Below, piece after piece: positions 60,595-62,821 of a stretch of DNA of 62,821 nt. Position numbers and translations under genes: made by a program. Source of the DNA: Pseudopedobacter saltans (GTDB taxonomy: Bacteria; Bacteroidota; Bacteroidia; Chitinophagales; Chitinophagaceae); NCBI GenBank assembly GCA_003241175.1, contig QFOI01000001.1, forward strand, positions 1 to 62,821, given 5' to 3'. The stretch's first letter is position 1; each line of letters begins with the position of its first letter. The notes beneath the pieces are model-generated. The model saw nothing but the letters and a program-made list of their open reading frames with translations. It searched no databases and was not told the DNA's origin.

Positions 60595-62787
60595 ATGTCA
60601 TTAAGATTTGAGGCAATCAATAACTTAACCGCGGAGATAGACCCCGTAGTAAAATATGATGCCAAAAACGTTACGTCGATTTTCCGTGAAAATGTTTTTA
60701 CATTAGAAAAGGCCCGCCAGTTCCTAACAGATGAAGCTTACAAAAGCTTGTTGACCAGTATCAAAGGAGGGAAAAAAGTCGATCGTGTCGTCGCTAACCA
60801 GATTGCTGCAGGTATGCGTTCTTGGGCGGAATCCAAAGGTGTTACCCACTACACGCACTGGTTCCAGCCATTGACAGGTACAACTGCTGAAAAACATGAT
60901 TCTTATTTTACGCTAAAAGGAGATGGAACGGCTATCGAGCAATTCGATGGAGATGCATTAATCCAACAAGAGCCTGATGCGTCCTCTTTCCCGTCTGGTG
61001 GTATTCGAGCTACATTTGAAGCACGCGGTTATACTGCTTGGGATCCTACTTCTCCAGCATTTATATACGAAGTTGGTTTGGGTAAAACCTTGTGTATCCC
61101 AACGGTTTTCATTTCTTATACAGGTGAATCTTTGGACTACAAAGCACCATTGTTGAAAGCTTTGGATGCTATCAATGAAGCAGCCGTGGATGTTGCACAT
61201 TATTTTGATAAAAACGTTACTAAAATAACGCCAACACTTGGTTGGGAACAGGAATATTTCGTTGTAGATGAAGGTTTGGCAAATGCTCGTCCAGATTTGA
61301 TCCAGTGCGGACGTACTGTATTTGGTGCTTCTCCTGCAAAAGGACAACAATTAGAAGATCACTATTTCGGTTCCATTCCTGAACGTGTTTACAATTTCAT
61401 GTTGGATTTCGAAGAAGTATCTTACAAGTTGGGTATTCCCTTGAAAACACGTCACAATGAAGTTGCTCCTGCACAGTTTGAGGTGGCTCCAATATTTGAA
61501 GAAGTTAATATTGCTGTTGACCATAATATCCTTTTGATGGATGTAATGACTCGTGTTGCAAAACGTCACAAATTGAAAGTATTGTTGCACGAAAAACCAT
61601 TTGCCGGCATCAACGGTAGTGGTAAACACAACAACTGGAGTATGGCGACAGATACGGGCGTTAATTTATTAGCTCCAGGTAAAACACCAAAAACAAACTT
61701 GTTGTTCTTGACTTTCTTTGTCAATACAATCAAAGCGGTACATACTTATGCAGACTTGATGCGTGCTTCTATAGCTTCTGCAAGCAACGATCACCGTTTG
61801 GGTGCTAATGAAGCTCCTCCAGCAATCATATCTGTATTTGTGGGAAGCGCTTTGCGCCAGGTTTTGGATGATATTGAATCTCGTGTTACTGAAAAATTTG
61901 ATGAGCAAGACGAGGCTATCTTGAAATTGGATTTACACCGAGCTATTCCAGAAGTATTGTTGGACAATACAGATCGTAACCGTACGTCTCCATTTGCATT
62001 TACAGGAAACAAATTTGAATTCCGGGCCGTGGGTTCTATTGCCAACTGTGCGAATGCGATGATTACTTTGAATACAATTGTTGCACAGACATTGAAAGAT
62101 TTCAAAAACGAAGTGGATTCTTTGATCGAATCTGGAACTAAGAAAGAAATCGCTTTGATGCAGATCATCCAGAAATACATCAAAGAAAGCAAAGACGTAT
62201 TGTTCGAAGGAGATGGCTACAGCGAAGAATGGGAAAAAGAAGCTGAAAAGCGTGGTCTTCCTAACGTAAAAACGACTCCTTTGGCTTTGGATGCGCTCTC
62301 AACAGAAAAAGCAAAAAAACTGTTCGAAGGCAACGGAGTCTATTCCGAACGTGAATTGGAAGCTAGACACGAAATCGAATTGGAAAACTATTTGAAAAAA
62401 GTGCAGATCGAAGGTCGTATCATGGGAGATCTTGCCTTGAACCATATCATACCTGTTGCTGTCAAATACCAAACTTCTTTGGCGCACAATATCAAGACTT
62501 TGAAAGAAGCAGGTTTGCCAGAGGAATCTTTTGCAGCTCAGAAAGCGATATTGGACAAAGTTTCCAAACATATTGCGGAAATCTACTCTAAAGGTCGTGC
62601 TATGGTTAACGCTCGTAAGAAAGCAAACCAGATTGAGGATATTAGAGAAAGAGCTATCGCTTACGAAAAGGAAATCAAAGCGGCCTACTTTGACGGTATC
62701 CGTTATCATGTTGACAAGTTGGAACAATTGATCGACAACGAAGAATGGCGTTTACCTAAATATCGTGAATTGTTATTTTTGAGATAA
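60595..62787 (+). CDS. glnA: Glutamine synthetase type III
   Basis: THWFQPLTG, EPDASSFPSGG, EQEYF, HNEVAP, HEKPFAGINGSGKH, RLGANEAPP, DRNRTSPFAFTGNKFEFR. Confidence 0.96.
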   Translation: MSLRFEAINNLTAEIDPVVKYDAKNVTSIFRENVFTLEKARQFLTDEAYKSLLTSIKGGKKVDRVVANQIAAGMRSWAESKGVTHYTHWFQPLTGTTAEKHDSYFTLKGDGTAIEQFDGDALIQQEPDASSFPSGGIRATFEARGYTAWDPTSPAFIYEVGLGKTLCIPTVFISYTGESLDYKAPLLKALDAINEAAVDVAHYFDKNVTKITPTLGWEQEYFVVDEGLANARPDLIQCGRTVFGASPAKGQQLEDHYFGSIPERVYNFMLDFEEVSYKLGIPLKTRHNEVAPAQFEVAPIFEEVNIAVDHNILLMDVMTRVAKRHKLKVLLHEKPFAGINGSGKHNNWSMATDTGVNLLAPGKTPKTNLLFLTFFVNTIKAVHTYADLMRASIASASNDHRLGANEAPPAIISVFVGSALRQVLDDIESRVTEKFDEQDEAILKLDLHRAIPEVLLDNTDRNRTSPFAFTGNKFEFRAVGSIANCANAMITLNTIVAQTLKDFKNEVDSLIESGTKKEIALMQIIQKYIKESKDVLFEGDGYSEEWEKEAEKRGLPNVKTTPLALDALSTEKAKKLFEGNGVYSERELEARHEIELENYLKKVQIEGRIMGDLALNHIIPVAVKYQTSLAHNIKTLKEAGLPEESFAAQKAILDKVSKHIAEIYSKGRAMVNARKKANQIEDIRERAIAYEKEIKAAYFDGIRYHVDKLEQLIDNEEWRLPKYRELLFLR

Positions 62788-62821
62788 GCAAACTAAGCTT
62801 TGATAAAATTGATTAATTACA

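Overview
A 62.8 kb chromosomal window from an AT-rich Bacteroidota genome. TAnnTTTG -7 promoter elements, type III glutamine synthetase, TonB-dependent receptors and the tRNA-Thr/Tyr/Gly/Thr-tuf-tRNA-Trp-secE-nusG cluster support this; Chitinophagaceae is my inference. Most of it is housekeeping (fabD, ftsE, gcvT, cysS, ribH, pdhA, recF, hpf, tuf, secE, nusG, pyrH, asd, glnA-III, five tRNAs), interleaved with accessory genes: glycosyltransferases, GH2/GH3/GH29 glycosidases, M14/S8/S41/M13 peptidases, two TonB-dependent receptors and a tripartite HipB/HipA-N/HipA toxin-antitoxin module. I found no CRISPR array, transposase or integrase. The most notable signals are: (1) a 17-codon Met/Thr/Ile/Lys-rich leader peptide with terminator and antiterminator upstream of asd, a likely multivalent attenuator; (2) a TBDR + beta-helix lipoprotein + histidine acid phosphatase operon preceded by four half-sites at exact 11-bp spacing, a candidate phosphate-regulated phytate/organic-P system without SusD; (3) three RGG-N3-TATA-N3-CCY palindromes at exact 61-bp spacing upstream of the hip module; (4) a GH29 fucosidase split by one in-frame TAA; (5) a GC-mosaic beta-galactosidase; (6) a REP-like palindrome family; (7) paired palindromic boxes upstream of a metal-type TBDR. 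All calls come from motif recognition by eye; no database searches were run.
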